Notes: generated from the sequence alone by a model not told the origin. 64,000 bases of DNA from Polyangiaceae bacterium (GCA_965222375.1 CBDCTZ010000016.1:2208001-2272000), one strand, 5' to 3'; positions 19,369 to 29,634 are shown, counted from the stretch's first letter. Numbers and translations are program-made.

Positions 19369-19806
19369 TCAGTAACGGCCCAAGAGCTTGTCGATGCCGC
19401 GGTGAATCGCGTGATACGACAGCCCCTTCTTCACGTACATCACAGCGCAGCTGCCGGTCTCTACCTTCAAACCATGGGCCTGAGCTGTCGCGAGGGCGTC
19501 GGGCGTCTCGCGCCCCATGTGGATCCAGATGTTCTTGATGCCTGCGTCGGCGGCCAGCTCAACCCAGCGCTTGGTCTCTTCGCGTGGCACCTCCAGGACC
19601 GCGGCGGACACTTCCTCGGGCAGTGAGGCAAAGTCGTCGAAGGCGCGGCTACCGGCGATCTCACTGACACTTGGGTCCACAGCGAATACAGTCCTGCCCT
19701 GCTTCTTGAGCTCACCGAACGACAGCTTCGGAAATGGCCCCTTCGCAGAGTGTCCAACGAAGGCAAAGCTGTCGTTTTCCCAAAACTGCTCACGGCTTGA
19801 TGGCAT
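19369..19806 (-). CDS. CoA-binding domain protein
   Basis: FAFVGHS, AVDP, GIKNIWIHMG, GSCAVM. Confidence 0.85.
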   Translation of the reverse strand: MPSSREQFWENDSFAFVGHSAKGPFPKLSFGELKKQGRTVFAVDPSVSEIAGSRAFDDFASLPEEVSAAVLEVPREETKRWVELAADAGIKNIWIHMGRETPDALATAQAHGLKVETGSCAVMYVKKGLSYHAIHRGIDKLLGRY

Positions 19807-19907
19807 GGCGGCGGCCCCTGAAACCGGGTTTGTGGCTGGCTGACGCAGCCGGCGCGGTGGCAAGCCTACCTATCGGAGGCGCCACACACCTTGAGATATC
19901 GCAATTA

Positions 19908-20792
19908 TCAGCCCGCGGATGCCACGTGGGTTGCGGGCACCCACTGCTGCTGGCCATTGGGGAAGGCGCACAGATACTGCCCCTGTGCGACTTGCGCGAC
20001 CGTCGCTGGGTAGCGGTTGCCGTCCGACCATGTCACCAACACCGCGGCTCCCGGTGGAAAGACCGGAGCTACGCCGGGTGGGGGCCCGGCGGGAGGCCCC
20101 GCGGGTGCTGGGGCTGGTTGCGGGGGCGGTTCATGGCCTCCATCGCCTATCCAGGCCCGCTCACCGGCCCCGACAATCAACGTCATGAGATACAGGACTT
20201 GGGCAACACGCTCCGCAGCACTCTTGCTCAAGGTGATCTCGGAGCTGTTGAGGTACAGGGTCACCTCGTTTTCGTTGACCATGAAGTGCGTGCCATCCTT
20301 GGCAGTCTCTTCCATCAGTTGAATGAGCTGCGCCGTGAGCTCGCGCGGCAACTGATCCCAGGTCGTCTTGACCGGCCGAAGCTCGTCACGGTCGCCTTCG
20401 AAGTAGAGGTGAGGGGAGAGAAAGAGCTTCTGCTCCTCATCGTCGTCCCACTCGTCTCGGTCGAGTTGCTCCCCGGCGTGATCGGCCGCCTCAGAGTCGT
20501 ACTGCAGGTTGAACGACCACGGAACCGACAGCTCCTGCTTCGGTTTGACCTGGAACCGCAGATTGGCAAACGTGACCCAGATGATGATGCGCACCGAGTA
20601 CTGGTTGTACTGACCGGTGACGTGCACCTCGTCGCCGCCATCTCGAACCTTGACGGAGCCGCCAATCGCAGGGGCCATGCGCTCGCCGGCCTCCTTGCAG
20701 ATCTTCAGCTTGCGCTCGTCGCCGTCAATATTCCAGTACGCCGAACCGCTCATCACAGCGTCGGTATTGAAAACCTTGTCGAAGAACCCCAT
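19908..20792 (-). CDS. Hypothetical protein with Pro-rich linker and C-terminal Tudor/SH3-like domain
   Basis: MGFFDKVF start; VLVTWSDGNRYPATV...AFPNGQQQWVP. Confidence 0.75.
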   Translation of the reverse strand: MGFFDKVFNTDAVMSGSAYWNIDGDERKLKICKEAGERMAPAIGGSVKVRDGGDEVHVTGQYNQYSVRIIIWVTFANLRFQVKPKQELSVPWSFNLQYDSEAADHAGEQLDRDEWDDDEEQKLFLSPHLYFEGDRDELRPVKTTWDQLPRELTAQLIQLMEETAKDGTHFMVNENEVTLYLNSSEITLSKSAAERVAQVLYLMTLIVGAGERAWIGDGGHEPPPQPAPAPAGPPAGPPPGVAPVFPPGAAVLVTWSDGNRYPATVAQVAQGQYLCAFPNGQQQWVPATHVASAG

Positions 20793-20839
20793 CCCGGCGG
20801 AGGATACCAATTCGCCACGCAAACTCTACTGACTTAGTG

Positions 20840-21994
20840 ATGCCACACTCCAGCCCCCTCGCTCTATGCATCAGCTGCGGCAGCGCCATGGCGACGCGGC
20901 AGGATCGCTGCGACTCTTGCGGCGGGGCCTATGCCGACGGCAGCGCGTCTGGGCAACTGTCGCCCGACTCCCGCTGGGCCCGAATCGAACTGTCTTTTCG
21001 CTGTGTCGGCTGTGGCACGACCTCGCCCCTCGATCACTTGGACATCGACGGCACGCTCAACTGCGCGCACTGCGGGCTCGATCAAGCGTTCGACGTGCGC
21101 ACTTACGCCCGGGTCCTAGCCACAGCCCACGACGTCGTGGATCTAGCTGGAACAGATCCGGAAGTGTCGCGCTCAGGCTCTGCCCTAGCGCGGGACAATC
21201 CATATCACCACATCGGCGTTTCCGTATCCGAGAGTCGCTGGACCGAGCCCGGCGTGGTGGGGGGACGGGAAGCGCTTTCGAATCGCGCTAGCCCCGGCCA
21301 TCCTCTGTGCCCGCGCTGCAAGCTCCCATTCTCGTCGCAGCTGAGCGCAGACCGAGTGACGCTAACCTGCCCCGGTTGTCACGCGGCTGAGACCCACGTC
21401 TCGGCGCCAGCCCAAATCTACCCGGCTGCTGTCGCTCTGGTCGCACCCGCCTACCGCCACGATCTGCGGCAGGCCAACGCGCAGCTCAGCAGCGGCGGTG
21501 CCGCCAAACTCACTTGCCCGCATTGCGGTGCACCGCTTCAGACGGATAGCCACGCCACGTCAGTCACCTGCGCGCACTGTCACGCGCCGGCGCTGATCGC
21601 CAACAAGCTCTGGTTCCGCCTAGGCGTGCGTGAACCGCGAAATCAGCCCATATGGGTGTTGTTTCGAGGGCGGTCACCCCGGCGCCAAACCCTGGAGCAA
21701 CGCTCCGACGACGTGGATCCCTTCGAGGCCGAACTCCAAGCTCGGGCGCGAGCCGTCCTGGCCGCAAAAGGAAAGGGAGCTGCGCCGCCTTCCGTTCAGC
21801 CCGCGCCGTCCCCCATCGCGCGGTACGCGCCGGACTCGCCGGCTGCACCCCCGCCTCCCGCGTATGCGACCCCAGCGCTGATCGAGTCTTCCCCGACGCC
21901 CACGAGGAACTGGCTGCCGATCGTGATCTTGGCCGTGGTGGCTGTCGTCGCGCTGCTCGGAGGCGCTGCCGCTTTCCTGATGATTCAGCTCTGA
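20840..21994 (+). CDS. Multi-zinc-ribbon protein with C-terminal membrane anchor
   Basis: Eight CxxC motifs, Pro-rich linker, terminal TM helix. Confidence 0.75.
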   Translation: MPHSSPLALCISCGSAMATRQDRCDSCGGAYADGSASGQLSPDSRWARIELSFRCVGCGTTSPLDHLDIDGTLNCAHCGLDQAFDVRTYARVLATAHDVVDLAGTDPEVSRSGSALARDNPYHHIGVSVSESRWTEPGVVGGREALSNRASPGHPLCPRCKLPFSSQLSADRVTLTCPGCHAAETHVSAPAQIYPAAVALVAPAYRHDLRQANAQLSSGGAAKLTCPHCGAPLQTDSHATSVTCAHCHAPALIANKLWFRLGVREPRNQPIWVLFRGRSPRRQTLEQRSDDVDPFEAELQARARAVLAAKGKGAAPPSVQPAPSPIARYAPDSPAAPPPPAYATPALIESSPTPTRNWLPIVILAVVAVVALLGGAAAFLMIQL

Positions 21995-22171
21995 CCAGCT
22001 CCTAGAGCGCTCCGACTTTGCTCCAACCGCAGGGCCGCCGTTGGGTGGCCTGGGGAGCCGCCGTAGGGCGCCCCGTCGCCCCTCCAGCGCCAAAAAATGC
22101 CCGTCTTCTTGGACCGATGTAGGTGCATATCCTACAATGTTGTCAGAATGAAATTCCGCAGGAAAATCAAG

Positions 22172-22558
22172 ATGTTCCGAGGGGGGAACGTTGTGCTCGC
22201 CGGCCTGATGGCTCTGGTGCTCAGCGCCTGCGGCCACCCGCTCCAGAAGAAACTCGAGGGGCGCTGGGTCGGTGAGAGTGTCGAAAACTTCGACGATCGC
22301 GACATGGCCATGGCCACTGGCTGGGCTCGTGGGACGAGCTTCGAGTTCTCCGGCGCCGCGGTCACCATCGCCATCCCAGCCGAAGAGCCGCGGAGCGGCC
22401 AATATAAGGTCGTCAAAGCCCACAAGAACGACGTCTATCTCAGGGTCAAGCGCTCGGACGGCAAGAGCGACCGCGCCCACTTCCGCCTCGACGATGAGCA
22501 CAGCATCCGCTGGATGCTCGGCGAATCGCGCTCCATCGTACTGCGCAAAGAGAACTAG
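22172..22558 (+). CDS. Small beta-barrel (lipocalin-like) lipoprotein
   Basis: Lipobox LSAC, LEGRW motif. Confidence 0.75.
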   Translation: MFRGGNVVLAGLMALVLSACGHPLQKKLEGRWVGESVENFDDRDMAMATGWARGTSFEFSGAAVTIAIPAEEPRSGQYKVVKAHKNDVYLRVKRSDGKSDRAHFRLDDEHSIRWMLGESRSIVLRKEN

Positions 22559-22584
22559 CTGCTCCCCGCGCCTTCGCCTCGCAC

Positions 22585-22665
22585 GGCCTAGCTTGGGAGT
22601 AGTGGCCCAGCGCCGCCCCAGTGCTCACCCCGTCGGGTATCGCGCAGCGCGTCGACCCCCAACCA
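22585..22665 (+). repeat. Degenerate dispersed intergenic repeat, copy A
   Basis: ggcctagcttgggagtagtggcccag...cgacccccaacca, similar to 28503-28559 (reverse complement) and 60837-60892. Confidence 0.5.
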
Positions 22666-22718
22666 AACAAGGTTCAAGCTCCCGAGGCTCGCGTCGGCGT
22701 GTTTGACGCGGTGCAGGC

Positions 22719-23771
22719 TCAGGGGCTGAGCCAAACGGTGCGCTGACTCTTGGCGCCGTTTTGGCTGGCGCGCAGTTGGGTGCGGACCAAGCGGGATTGC
22801 ACGCAGGCTTGGACTTGTGGTGCGAGGGGGGGATCGAAGCTGACGCTGCCTAGGCGGCCGCTGGGCGCCAGGCTGATGGTCATTTGGCTCTTGACGGTGA
22901 TACGAACTCCCGCTTCCAAGCTGACGTGCTTGGTGAAGCACTGAGTCGCGACCGATGCCGCACGCGCCGACAGCGAGCTCATTTGCGCGGCTGGCGGAGC
23001 CTTGGGTAGCGCTGCCGGTCGCTGGCCCGTGCTGGGAGCCGGCTCTTCGGTCTCGGCGGGTACGACAGCTGCGGTGGTACCGCGTTCGACGGAGCCGGTC
23101 TGGCCGGAAAGCGCGAAAGCACCCGCATCGCCAGCATTGAGGAACCAGCGCGGCTTGGCTCCGCGTGGGCCAACCGCAACGATGCCCTCGGTCACCTTCA
23201 CGCTGACGCCATCGTCCTTCAGCAATACGCTGAACTCCGTGCCATGCACGGCAACCCGGGTCTGCTTCACCTCGACCACGAAGGTCTCCGGCTTTTCGCT
23301 GGGCACGACTTTGGCGTTCAAGGAGCCACTCTTCAGGGATACGACGACGCGCTTGCCCACTTCCAAGGCGCGGGCTTCGCTTCCCGGGGCCAAGGTCCAC
23401 TCGGAGTGTTTGGCGTGCGTCACGTGGACTGAGCTGTCCTTAGCGACGACCCGATCCGAGCTCGACAAGCTGTTGCCGTTGACCTCCGCGCCGGACAGCA
23501 CGCGGGGAGCGGGAGCCATGGGGGGCGTGGCTGCAACGGGCTCGGGCGCATTGCGCGACTGGCCCATGAAGAGAGCGACGGCTGCGGCCGCGGCCAAGGC
23601 TAGGCCGCCACCAAACATGGTTCGTCGCCTCGAGCGTGCTCGCTCCATCTCGACGCTCGCGACGATCTTGTTTTCGAGAGCGTCGAAGTCGATATCCGCG
23701 ACGGGTTCCTCTCGAAGCTCATCCGTTAACTGATCGAGCAGTCGGGCTTCGGGGGGATTGGAATCAGTCAT
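22719..23771 (-). CDS. FecR-domain anti-sigma factor
   Basis: TM helix, VAVHGTEFSV and VKVTEGIVAV; overlaps the sigma gene by 4 nt. Confidence 0.85.
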   Translation of the reverse strand: MTDSNPPEARLLDQLTDELREEPVADIDFDALENKIVASVEMERARSRRRTMFGGGLALAAAAAVALFMGQSRNAPEPVAATPPMAPAPRVLSGAEVNGNSLSSSDRVVAKDSSVHVTHAKHSEWTLAPGSEARALEVGKRVVVSLKSGSLNAKVVPSEKPETFVVEVKQTRVAVHGTEFSVLLKDDGVSVKVTEGIVAVGPRGAKPRWFLNAGDAGAFALSGQTGSVERGTTAAVVPAETEEPAPSTGQRPAALPKAPPAAQMSSLSARAASVATQCFTKHVSLEAGVRITVKSQMTISLAPSGRLGSVSFDPPLAPQVQACVQSRLVRTQLRASQNGAKSQRTVWLSP

Positions 23772-24373
23772 TGGCCTGCCTCCGCGAGGGCCCGCTTTTC
23801 GCCGTCCAGCTCCGCGAGTACGGATGCCAGCGCCGGCTCCTTGCGAATCAACGCTTCGAGCTCACGACGAGCATAAAACAGTCTGGTGCGTACCGTCAGC
23901 ACGGGCGCTTGCACGACCTCGGCGATTTCGGCGGCCGGCATGCCTTCCAGCTCGTGCAGGATGAACACCGTGCGCTTCTTTTCGCTGAGCTGCTCCAGCA
24001 CCTTGGCGAAGACACGCACCCGCGCCGAGCGAGCTGCCTGCTCGTCGGGAAGAGGCTGGCGGTCTTCGGGGACCATGGTTTCGGGCTGCTCGACCAGCGT
24101 CGGCCGGCTGCGCGCCGAGCGGCGATGCATCAGCACCACGTTCACGGTGACCCGGTAGAGCCAGGTCGAGAAGCGGCTCTTGCCTCGGAAATCCCCGAGG
24201 GAGCGATGCACCTGGAGGAAGACCTCCTGGATCAGGTCATCCACCTCGTGCGCGCGTCCCGTCATGCGCTGCACCAGGCGTGCGACGTTGTTCTTGTGGA
24301 GGCGGAAAAGCTCGCGAAACGCGAGCATATCTCCCGCCTGACAGCGGGCTACGAGCTCCTCATCGAGTGCCAC
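23768..24373 (-). CDS. ECF sigma-70 factor
   Basis: DDLIQEVFL, FSTWLYRV, EIAEVV, TVRTRLFYAR; start uncertain (could extend to 24442). Confidence 0.93.
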   Translation of the reverse strand: MALDEELVARCQAGDMLAFRELFRLHKNNVARLVQRMTGRAHEVDDLIQEVFLQVHRSLGDFRGKSRFSTWLYRVTVNVVLMHRRSARSRPTLVEQPETMVPEDRQPLPDEQAARSARVRVFAKVLEQLSEKKRTVFILHELEGMPAAEIAEVVQAPVLTVRTRLFYARRELEALIRKEPALASVLAELDGEKRALAEAGQ

Positions 24374-24531
24374 GCGCCAGTCTCTTGTTTTCTTGCCCAC
24401 TCCCGTCGAAAACGAGGGCTGAAGGGCCAAAGCGGCCTGCATGACAACATTCGATGCGCGCCCCCCACCATCCCTTCATTTTTCGTGCCTCGCTTCGGCG
24501 ATGCTGCAATGCGTCAATCGCGCATTTCGCG

Positions 24532-24870
24532 CTAGAACAGCTCTTTGAGCTCGACCGGCTTCTTCTTTTTTTGCTCCAGCAGATGATTGACGGCCCGGAG
24601 CAGGCGGGTCTTTGCCGCGCCTGAGACGGGTTTGCCGGCCTCGATCTTGGCCACGAGCTGCGCAGTGACTGGACGGCCGCTGCGGGGCTTGGCTGGGGGC
24701 GCCTTTTCGCCCTCTTCGCCGCCAGAAGCAGCTTCGTCGCCACCTTTGCGCTTCTGCAGCTTGATGCGTCGGTCTTCCAGTTTCAGCTGCTCTAGCTTGC
24801 GCGAGGCGCTGTAGACCCGCCGGATGTCGAGCTTGTTCTCTTTGAGAAACTCAGCAAATTTCGAGGCCAT
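24532..24870 (-). CDS. Small basic protein, possibly an XRE-like DNA-binding protein
   Basis: Lys/Arg-rich; VTAQLVAKIEAGKPVS...KTRLLRAV resembles XRE helices 3-4. Confidence 0.7.
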   Translation of the reverse strand: MASKFAEFLKENKLDIRRVYSASRKLEQLKLEDRRIKLQKRKGGDEAASGGEEGEKAPPAKPRSGRPVTAQLVAKIEAGKPVSGAAKTRLLRAVNHLLEQKKKKPVELKELF

Positions 24871-25066
24871 GAGTGTTAACTCCGCGAAAATACTAAATAA
24901 TTTGTCGCGCAAGGCGGCATGCCCGGCGAATCGAGGGGCGCGGACCATAGCACCAGGTTGCGGGATCGAAAATCCGGTTGTCACGGGGTCGCAGCGAGCG
25001 TCGGGTCCTGGCTGAAAACACTAGGATTTCGCACGAAGTGACCACCTCCGGCTACAGTCGCGCATC

Positions 25067-25903
25067 ATGACGTCCGCACACGGACAGCTCGCCGCCGCTC
25101 GGGATGCCCTCTCGAAGCAGGGGATCCAGGCCCCCGACGTGGGGGTGGTTCTCGGCTCCGGGCTCGGTGCCTTCGGGGACCAGCTCGTGGAGCTGCACAA
25201 GATCCCCTACTCCGACATTCCGCACATGCCCCAGAGTGGTGTCGTCGGTCACGCAGGCAATTTGTGTCTGGGGCGGGTCGGGCCTGCGCGAGTGGCCTGC
25301 CTGCAAGGGCGCGTGCACTTGTACGAGGGGCACGCCCTCGACCGGGCGACCTTCGCGGTTCGGCTCTTGGCGGAGCTCGGCTGCCGCGCAGTGGTGCTGA
25401 CCAACGCTGCGGGCGGAGTCAACGAGGGCTTCAGCCCCGGCGACTTGATGTTGATCTCCGACCACTTGAACCTGACCGCGCGCAGCCCGCTGATCGGCCC
25501 GAACCCCGAGGGGTTGCCGCGCTTTCCGGACATGACAGAGGCCTACGATCCGGAGATCCGGCAGGCCGCTCGCAGTGCCGCAAAGGAGCGCGGAGTGACT
25601 CTACGCGAGGGCGTGTATGCTGCCTTGTTGGGGCCGAGCTACGAGACCCCAGCGGAGATCCGGATGCTACGCACTCTGGGTGCCGACGCGGTGGGCATGA
25701 GCACCGTGATCGAGGTGCTTGCCCTGCGTCATCGTGGCGTGCGGGTTGGCGCGATGAGCTGCATCACGAACCTAGCGGCGGGGATGTCCGGGCAGCCCTT
25801 GGACCACGCCGAGGTCGAGCAGATCGCCAAGCAATCTCGCGAGAACTTCGTGGGGGTCCTGGCGCGCTGGTTGGAACTGACCTCGGAGCTGACACGAGCA
25901 TGA
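25067..25903 (+). CDS. punA: Purine nucleoside phosphorylase
   Basis: VLGSGLG, GRVHLYEG, TNAAGG, GPSYETPAE, VGMST. Confidence 0.95.
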   Translation: MTSAHGQLAAARDALSKQGIQAPDVGVVLGSGLGAFGDQLVELHKIPYSDIPHMPQSGVVGHAGNLCLGRVGPARVACLQGRVHLYEGHALDRATFAVRLLAELGCRAVVLTNAAGGVNEGFSPGDLMLISDHLNLTARSPLIGPNPEGLPRFPDMTEAYDPEIRQAARSAAKERGVTLREGVYAALLGPSYETPAEIRMLRTLGADAVGMSTVIEVLALRHRGVRVGAMSCITNLAAGMSGQPLDHAEVEQIAKQSRENFVGVLARWLELTSELTRA

Positions 25904-26313
25904 GCCCAGAACATCTGGCGAAGCTGGTCGAGAGTGCACGAAAGGTCGCTGAAAACGCCTACGCGCCGTACTCGAAGTTCCGCGTTGGCGCCGCGATTGC
26001 AGCCGAGGACGGCAAGACCTACTTGGGCTGCAACGTCGAGAACTCCACCTTTGGCGCCACGGTATGTGCCGAGCGTTCGGCGGTATCAGCGATGGTGGCG
26101 GGCGGCGGCAAGGCCGCATTGGCAGTCGCCGTCTACACCAGCGCGAAGACCCCGACGTTCCCATGCGGTGTGTGCCGACAGGTGCTCCACGAGTTTGCCC
26201 CCTCGGAGGATCCGGAAGGTGGCGGCACTCTTGTGATCGCGGCGATAGACGGCAAACAAGAACAGGTGCCGCTTTCGGAGTTGCTACCCCGCGCGTTTCT
26301 CCTCAAGTCATGA
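25900..26313 (+). CDS. cdd: Cytidine deaminase
   Basis: AYAPYSKFRVGAA, NVEN, CAERSA, PCGVCRQ; ATGA overlap. Confidence 0.95.
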   Translation: MSPEHLAKLVESARKVAENAYAPYSKFRVGAAIAAEDGKTYLGCNVENSTFGATVCAERSAVSAMVAGGGKAALAVAVYTSAKTPTFPCGVCRQVLHEFAPSEDPEGGGTLVIAAIDGKQEQVPLSELLPRAFLLKS

Positions 26314-27650
26314 CGGTCAAGCTCGACGAGTGCACGCTTCTGCAAGGCGCGACCATCGTGACCTGCGACGCCGACAATCGCGTTGTCCGCGGAGACATTC
26401 TGATCGACGCAGGTCGGATCACGAAGATCGGTAGAGTGAAGCCACCCAGCGGTGCGCGCCTTGTCGACGTCAGCGATCGGATCGTATTGCCGGGCTTGGT
26501 GATGGCTCACGTGCATCTCTGCCAGGCGCTGATGCGAGGCATGGCGGACGACTTGCCGCTACTCGATTGGTTGAAGCGCAGGATTTGGCCCTTGGAGGCC
26601 GCTCATGACGAGCGCTCCCTGCGCGCCAGTGCGGAACTCGGCCTTTCAGAACTCATCCTGGCGGGCACCACCTCGATCTTGGATTTAGGTACGGTCAACG
26701 GCCACGACGCCGTTTTCGACGCCTGCGTGCGATCGGGCATTCGCGTCGTCGGGGGCAAGACGCTCATGGACTCGGGTGCTGGCGTGCCGAAGCGGTTGAA
26801 GGAGTCTACACGGGCTGCTTTGGCAGATGCCGCGCGCCTCGAAGCTGCCTGGTCCGGGCATGAGAGTGGACGCGTCCGCTACGCTTGGATCCCGCGGTTT
26901 ATCTTGTCTTGCTCCGAGAAGCTGGTGCGCGGCTGCTTGGAACGGGCTCAGAACAGTGGCGCACGCTTTCACACTCACGCGGCTGAGCACGCGGGCGAAC
27001 GCGAGGCCGTGCGCAAGATCATGGGGGCTGATGACGTCGATGTGCTCCGGCGTTGGGGCATGCGCGGTAGTTTCGCGTCGCTGGCTCATGGCGTCCAACT
27101 GACTGCGGCTCAGCGCCGCCGGTTGGCAGCGGATGAGGTCTCCGTGGTGCACTGCCCGAGTGCCAACCTGAAGCTCGGCAGCGGCATCGCGAACGTGCAT
27201 GCCCTGCGCAGCGCCGGCGTCGTCGTCGGTCTGGGTCCGGATGGTGCGCCATGCAACAACAACCTCGACCCTTGGGTGGAGATGCGCCATGCGGCGCTAC
27301 TCGCCAGCGCCACATCCGGACCCGGGGCGGTGCCTGCCCAAGACATCCTGCGCATTGCGACGATCGATGGCGCTCGGATTCTCGGGCTCGATCACGAAAC
27401 GGGCAGCTTGGAGGTCGGCAAGCGAGCGGATTTGGTCGTCGTGCGCACGGATGGCGTGCAGGTGGCGCCGGTGACGGATCCCGTGGCCACGTTGGTTTAC
27501 GCGACTCAAGCGCGCGACGTGGAGCATGTATTCGTCGACGGTCGCAGCTTGGTGAAGCAGGGGGAGTTGACGACCTTGGACGCCGTCGCCGTTGCAGCAA
27601 AGGCTGCTGGCGAAGGAAAACGCCTGATGCGCCGCGCAAAACTCGCCTGA
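26310..27650 (+). CDS. Amidohydrolase (MTA/SAH/5'-deoxyadenosine deaminase-like)
   Basis: HVH, HTHAAE, AHGV, HCPSANLKLGSG, DGAPCNN. Confidence 0.92.
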   Translation: MTVKLDECTLLQGATIVTCDADNRVVRGDILIDAGRITKIGRVKPPSGARLVDVSDRIVLPGLVMAHVHLCQALMRGMADDLPLLDWLKRRIWPLEAAHDERSLRASAELGLSELILAGTTSILDLGTVNGHDAVFDACVRSGIRVVGGKTLMDSGAGVPKRLKESTRAALADAARLEAAWSGHESGRVRYAWIPRFILSCSEKLVRGCLERAQNSGARFHTHAAEHAGEREAVRKIMGADDVDVLRRWGMRGSFASLAHGVQLTAAQRRRLAADEVSVVHCPSANLKLGSGIANVHALRSAGVVVGLGPDGAPCNNNLDPWVEMRHAALLASATSGPGAVPAQDILRIATIDGARILGLDHETGSLEVGKRADLVVVRTDGVQVAPVTDPVATLVYATQARDVEHVFVDGRSLVKQGELTTLDAVAVAAKAAGEGKRLMRRAKLA

Positions 27651-27688
27651 GGCGGCGCGCGGCGCAGCGCGCATGTCATACTTGCGAC

Positions 27689-28459
27689 GTGGCGGTACCG
27701 ATCCTGCCGGAGATCCCCCCGGAACTCGTCGTCTACGACCGACCCTCGACGTGCCCGTATCTGCCGGAGCGCGTCGCCCGCCTGCCTCTGCGTCTGCCTG
27801 TGCGGCGCCTATCCCGGGACGAATTGGATGAGCGCCTTGCGGCGGGCGATCGGCGTCAAGGTGTGCTGCTGTATCGCCCGAGCTGCCCGAGATGTCAGGC
27901 CTGCGAACCGATCCGCGTTGACGCAAGCCGGTTTGCCCCGTCGCGCAGCCATCGTCGTGTGCTCCGCCGCGCCGCGAAGGCCGTTCGTATCGAGATGGGA
28001 TCACCACGATGCGATGAGCAGCGCGTTGCCCTCTACAACGCACACAAGGAAGGTCGCGGCCTGGCGGACGCACAGCCGCCCATCGACGAAGAGGGCTATC
28101 GGGACTTTCTGGTGGAGAGCTGCTGCGAGAGCTTCGAGCTTCGCTACTTCGTGGGCACGGAGCTCGTGGGCGTCGCTGTGGTGGACCGCGGCGCGGACTC
28201 CCTGTCCGCCGTCTACTGCCACTTCGATCCAGCCTACTCCCGGCTGAGCCTCGGGACCTTCTCCATCTTGCAGCAGCTTTCCTTGTGTCGGCGTTGGTCT
28301 CTGTCTTGGCTCTACCTGGGCCTGTACATCGATGACTGCGCGCCCATGCGTTACAAGTCGAGCTACTTTCCCCACGAGCGTTTCACCAAAGGGACGTGGC
28401 GTCGCTTCACGGCAGCTGCTCGCGCGCGCCCCCCAAGCGAAGCCTCCCACTCAGATTGA
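27689..28459 (+). CDS. ate: Arginyl-tRNA-protein transferase family (Ate/Bpt)
   Basis: CPYLP, YRPSCPRCQAC, LSAVY, SLGT, YLGLYI, MRYK. Confidence 0.92.
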   Translation: MAVPILPEIPPELVVYDRPSTCPYLPERVARLPLRLPVRRLSRDELDERLAAGDRRQGVLLYRPSCPRCQACEPIRVDASRFAPSRSHRRVLRRAAKAVRIEMGSPRCDEQRVALYNAHKEGRGLADAQPPIDEEGYRDFLVESCCESFELRYFVGTELVGVAVVDRGADSLSAVYCHFDPAYSRLSLGTFSILQQLSLCRRWSLSWLYLGLYIDDCAPMRYKSSYFPHERFTKGTWRRFTAAARARPPSEASHSD

Positions 28460-28502
28460 AAAGACAGCAGAAGAGCGCGTTTGAATAGTCCCGCAGGCGC
28501 CG

Positions 28503-28559
28503 TGGTTTTTTGGGGTCGGTTCGCTGTCCGGCCCTAGGCCACTACTCCCGAGTGGGGCC
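28503..28559 (-). repeat. Degenerate dispersed intergenic repeat, copy B
   Basis: Reverse complement is about 43/57 identical to 60837-60892 by hand alignment. Confidence 0.6.
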
Positions 28560-28874
28560 AGCATGGAGCGGGTTGCCGTTGGTCCCAGCCCGCTTGCTCG
28601 GCTCGGCAAACGCGCAGAACGGACCTTTGAAGACCACCTCGAGACCGGGGCCGTCGAGCCCTGTGTACAAATGGCGCGGGGGGCGCGACGAGGTCACCGT
28701 ATGTGGAATCGGGCGGCGCCCGATTCGGGTGGCAGCGCGCCTGTTGCGTACGTGGAACGGTGGAGGCGCGTCGGTGTCGGCCGGTACCGTGACGTTTCGA
28801 AAGGTCGATCGACGGGGCAGAGCATGACGTGTACGAGCGTTGGCATTGGTGGAGCGAACGGCGGAGCTAGCTGA

Positions 28875-29159
28875 GTGGTGACTGGTAGGAAATCTGGATT
28901 TCTCCTGATCGGGGTGGCGCTCTTGGTTGGCGCGCTTGCAGTCGGGGGGGCGATTGGGTTCTGGGTGCAGTCCGCTGACTATCGACGACAGCGCTGGCTG
29001 ACGATACTCGATGACCCGTCACTCGTGTGGGGAGTGAGCCCATTGCTGCTTGCGACATCCGCCCTGCTGGCGCTGGCTGTCCTCGCAGCTCCGATCTTCA
29101 TCTGGAAAGGTACTCGAGGTCCAGGGCCCACACATGGCTCCGCCATTGCGGAGCCATGA
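28875..29159 (+). CDS. Small two-TM membrane protein
   Basis: Two hydrophobic helices; GGAG upstream. Confidence 0.5.
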   Translation: MVTGRKSGFLLIGVALLVGALAVGGAIGFWVQSADYRRQRWLTILDDPSLVWGVSPLLLATSALLALAVLAAPIFIWKGTRGPGPTHGSAIAEP

Positions 29160-29235
29160 CACTGGCGCGACCGCCACGTTGGTTGGAGTGCTCGAGTTCC
29201 GACAGCGGCGATCTTTCTACACAAGGAGCATGCAG

Positions 29236-29583
29236 ATGGTCTCGAGGCTGATGTGGGTCGTGGGCGCCTCCTGCCTACTCGTGCTGCCTGGCGCAGCGTG
29301 CCGCGACGGCAGCAGCTCACGAGTGCAAGAAGGGACGTGGTGCTACCTTGAAGGTATCGACCTTCAGCAATGCGCTGAGGGCCTGTACTGTGATCCACAG
29401 CTGGACAACGCGGGTAGGTACGTACGCAAGAAGGTCAAGTTTGACCAGCACCATGCTGTTGGAACCTGCAAGCAGCGAGGCAAGCTCGGGAGTGTCTGCA
29501 AAAGCAACAGCGCCTGTGACAAAGATCTGAAATGTGGATTCGAAAATGGCGGAGACAAGGAAGGCACCTGCATGAAGCAGTAG
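29236..29583 (+). CDS. Small Cys-rich lipoprotein
   Basis: RBS AAGGAG, lipobox GAAC, multiple Cys (CAEGLYC, CKSNSACDKDLKC). Confidence 0.7.
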   Translation: MVSRLMWVVGASCLLVLPGAACRDGSSSRVQEGTWCYLEGIDLQQCAEGLYCDPQLDNAGRYVRKKVKFDQHHAVGTCKQRGKLGSVCKSNSACDKDLKCGFENGGDKEGTCMKQ

Positions 29584-29634
29584 CTGGGGGCTTCGTCATC
29601 AGCGAACTCCAGAAGCGTGCATGGTCGTGAGCTG

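Noticed and set aside
20840..21994. c-type cytochrome (CPGCH, CAHCH)
   Set aside because: No signal peptide, and the motifs are part of paired CxxC zinc ribbons.
22666..22690. tRNA T-arm-like ggttcaagctcc
   Set aside because: No cloverleaf or acceptor stem could be built; no tRNA was seen in the window.
28510..28874. Short ORFs after ate
   Set aside because: Two overlapping frames, no recognisable motif and weak coding character; left uncalled.
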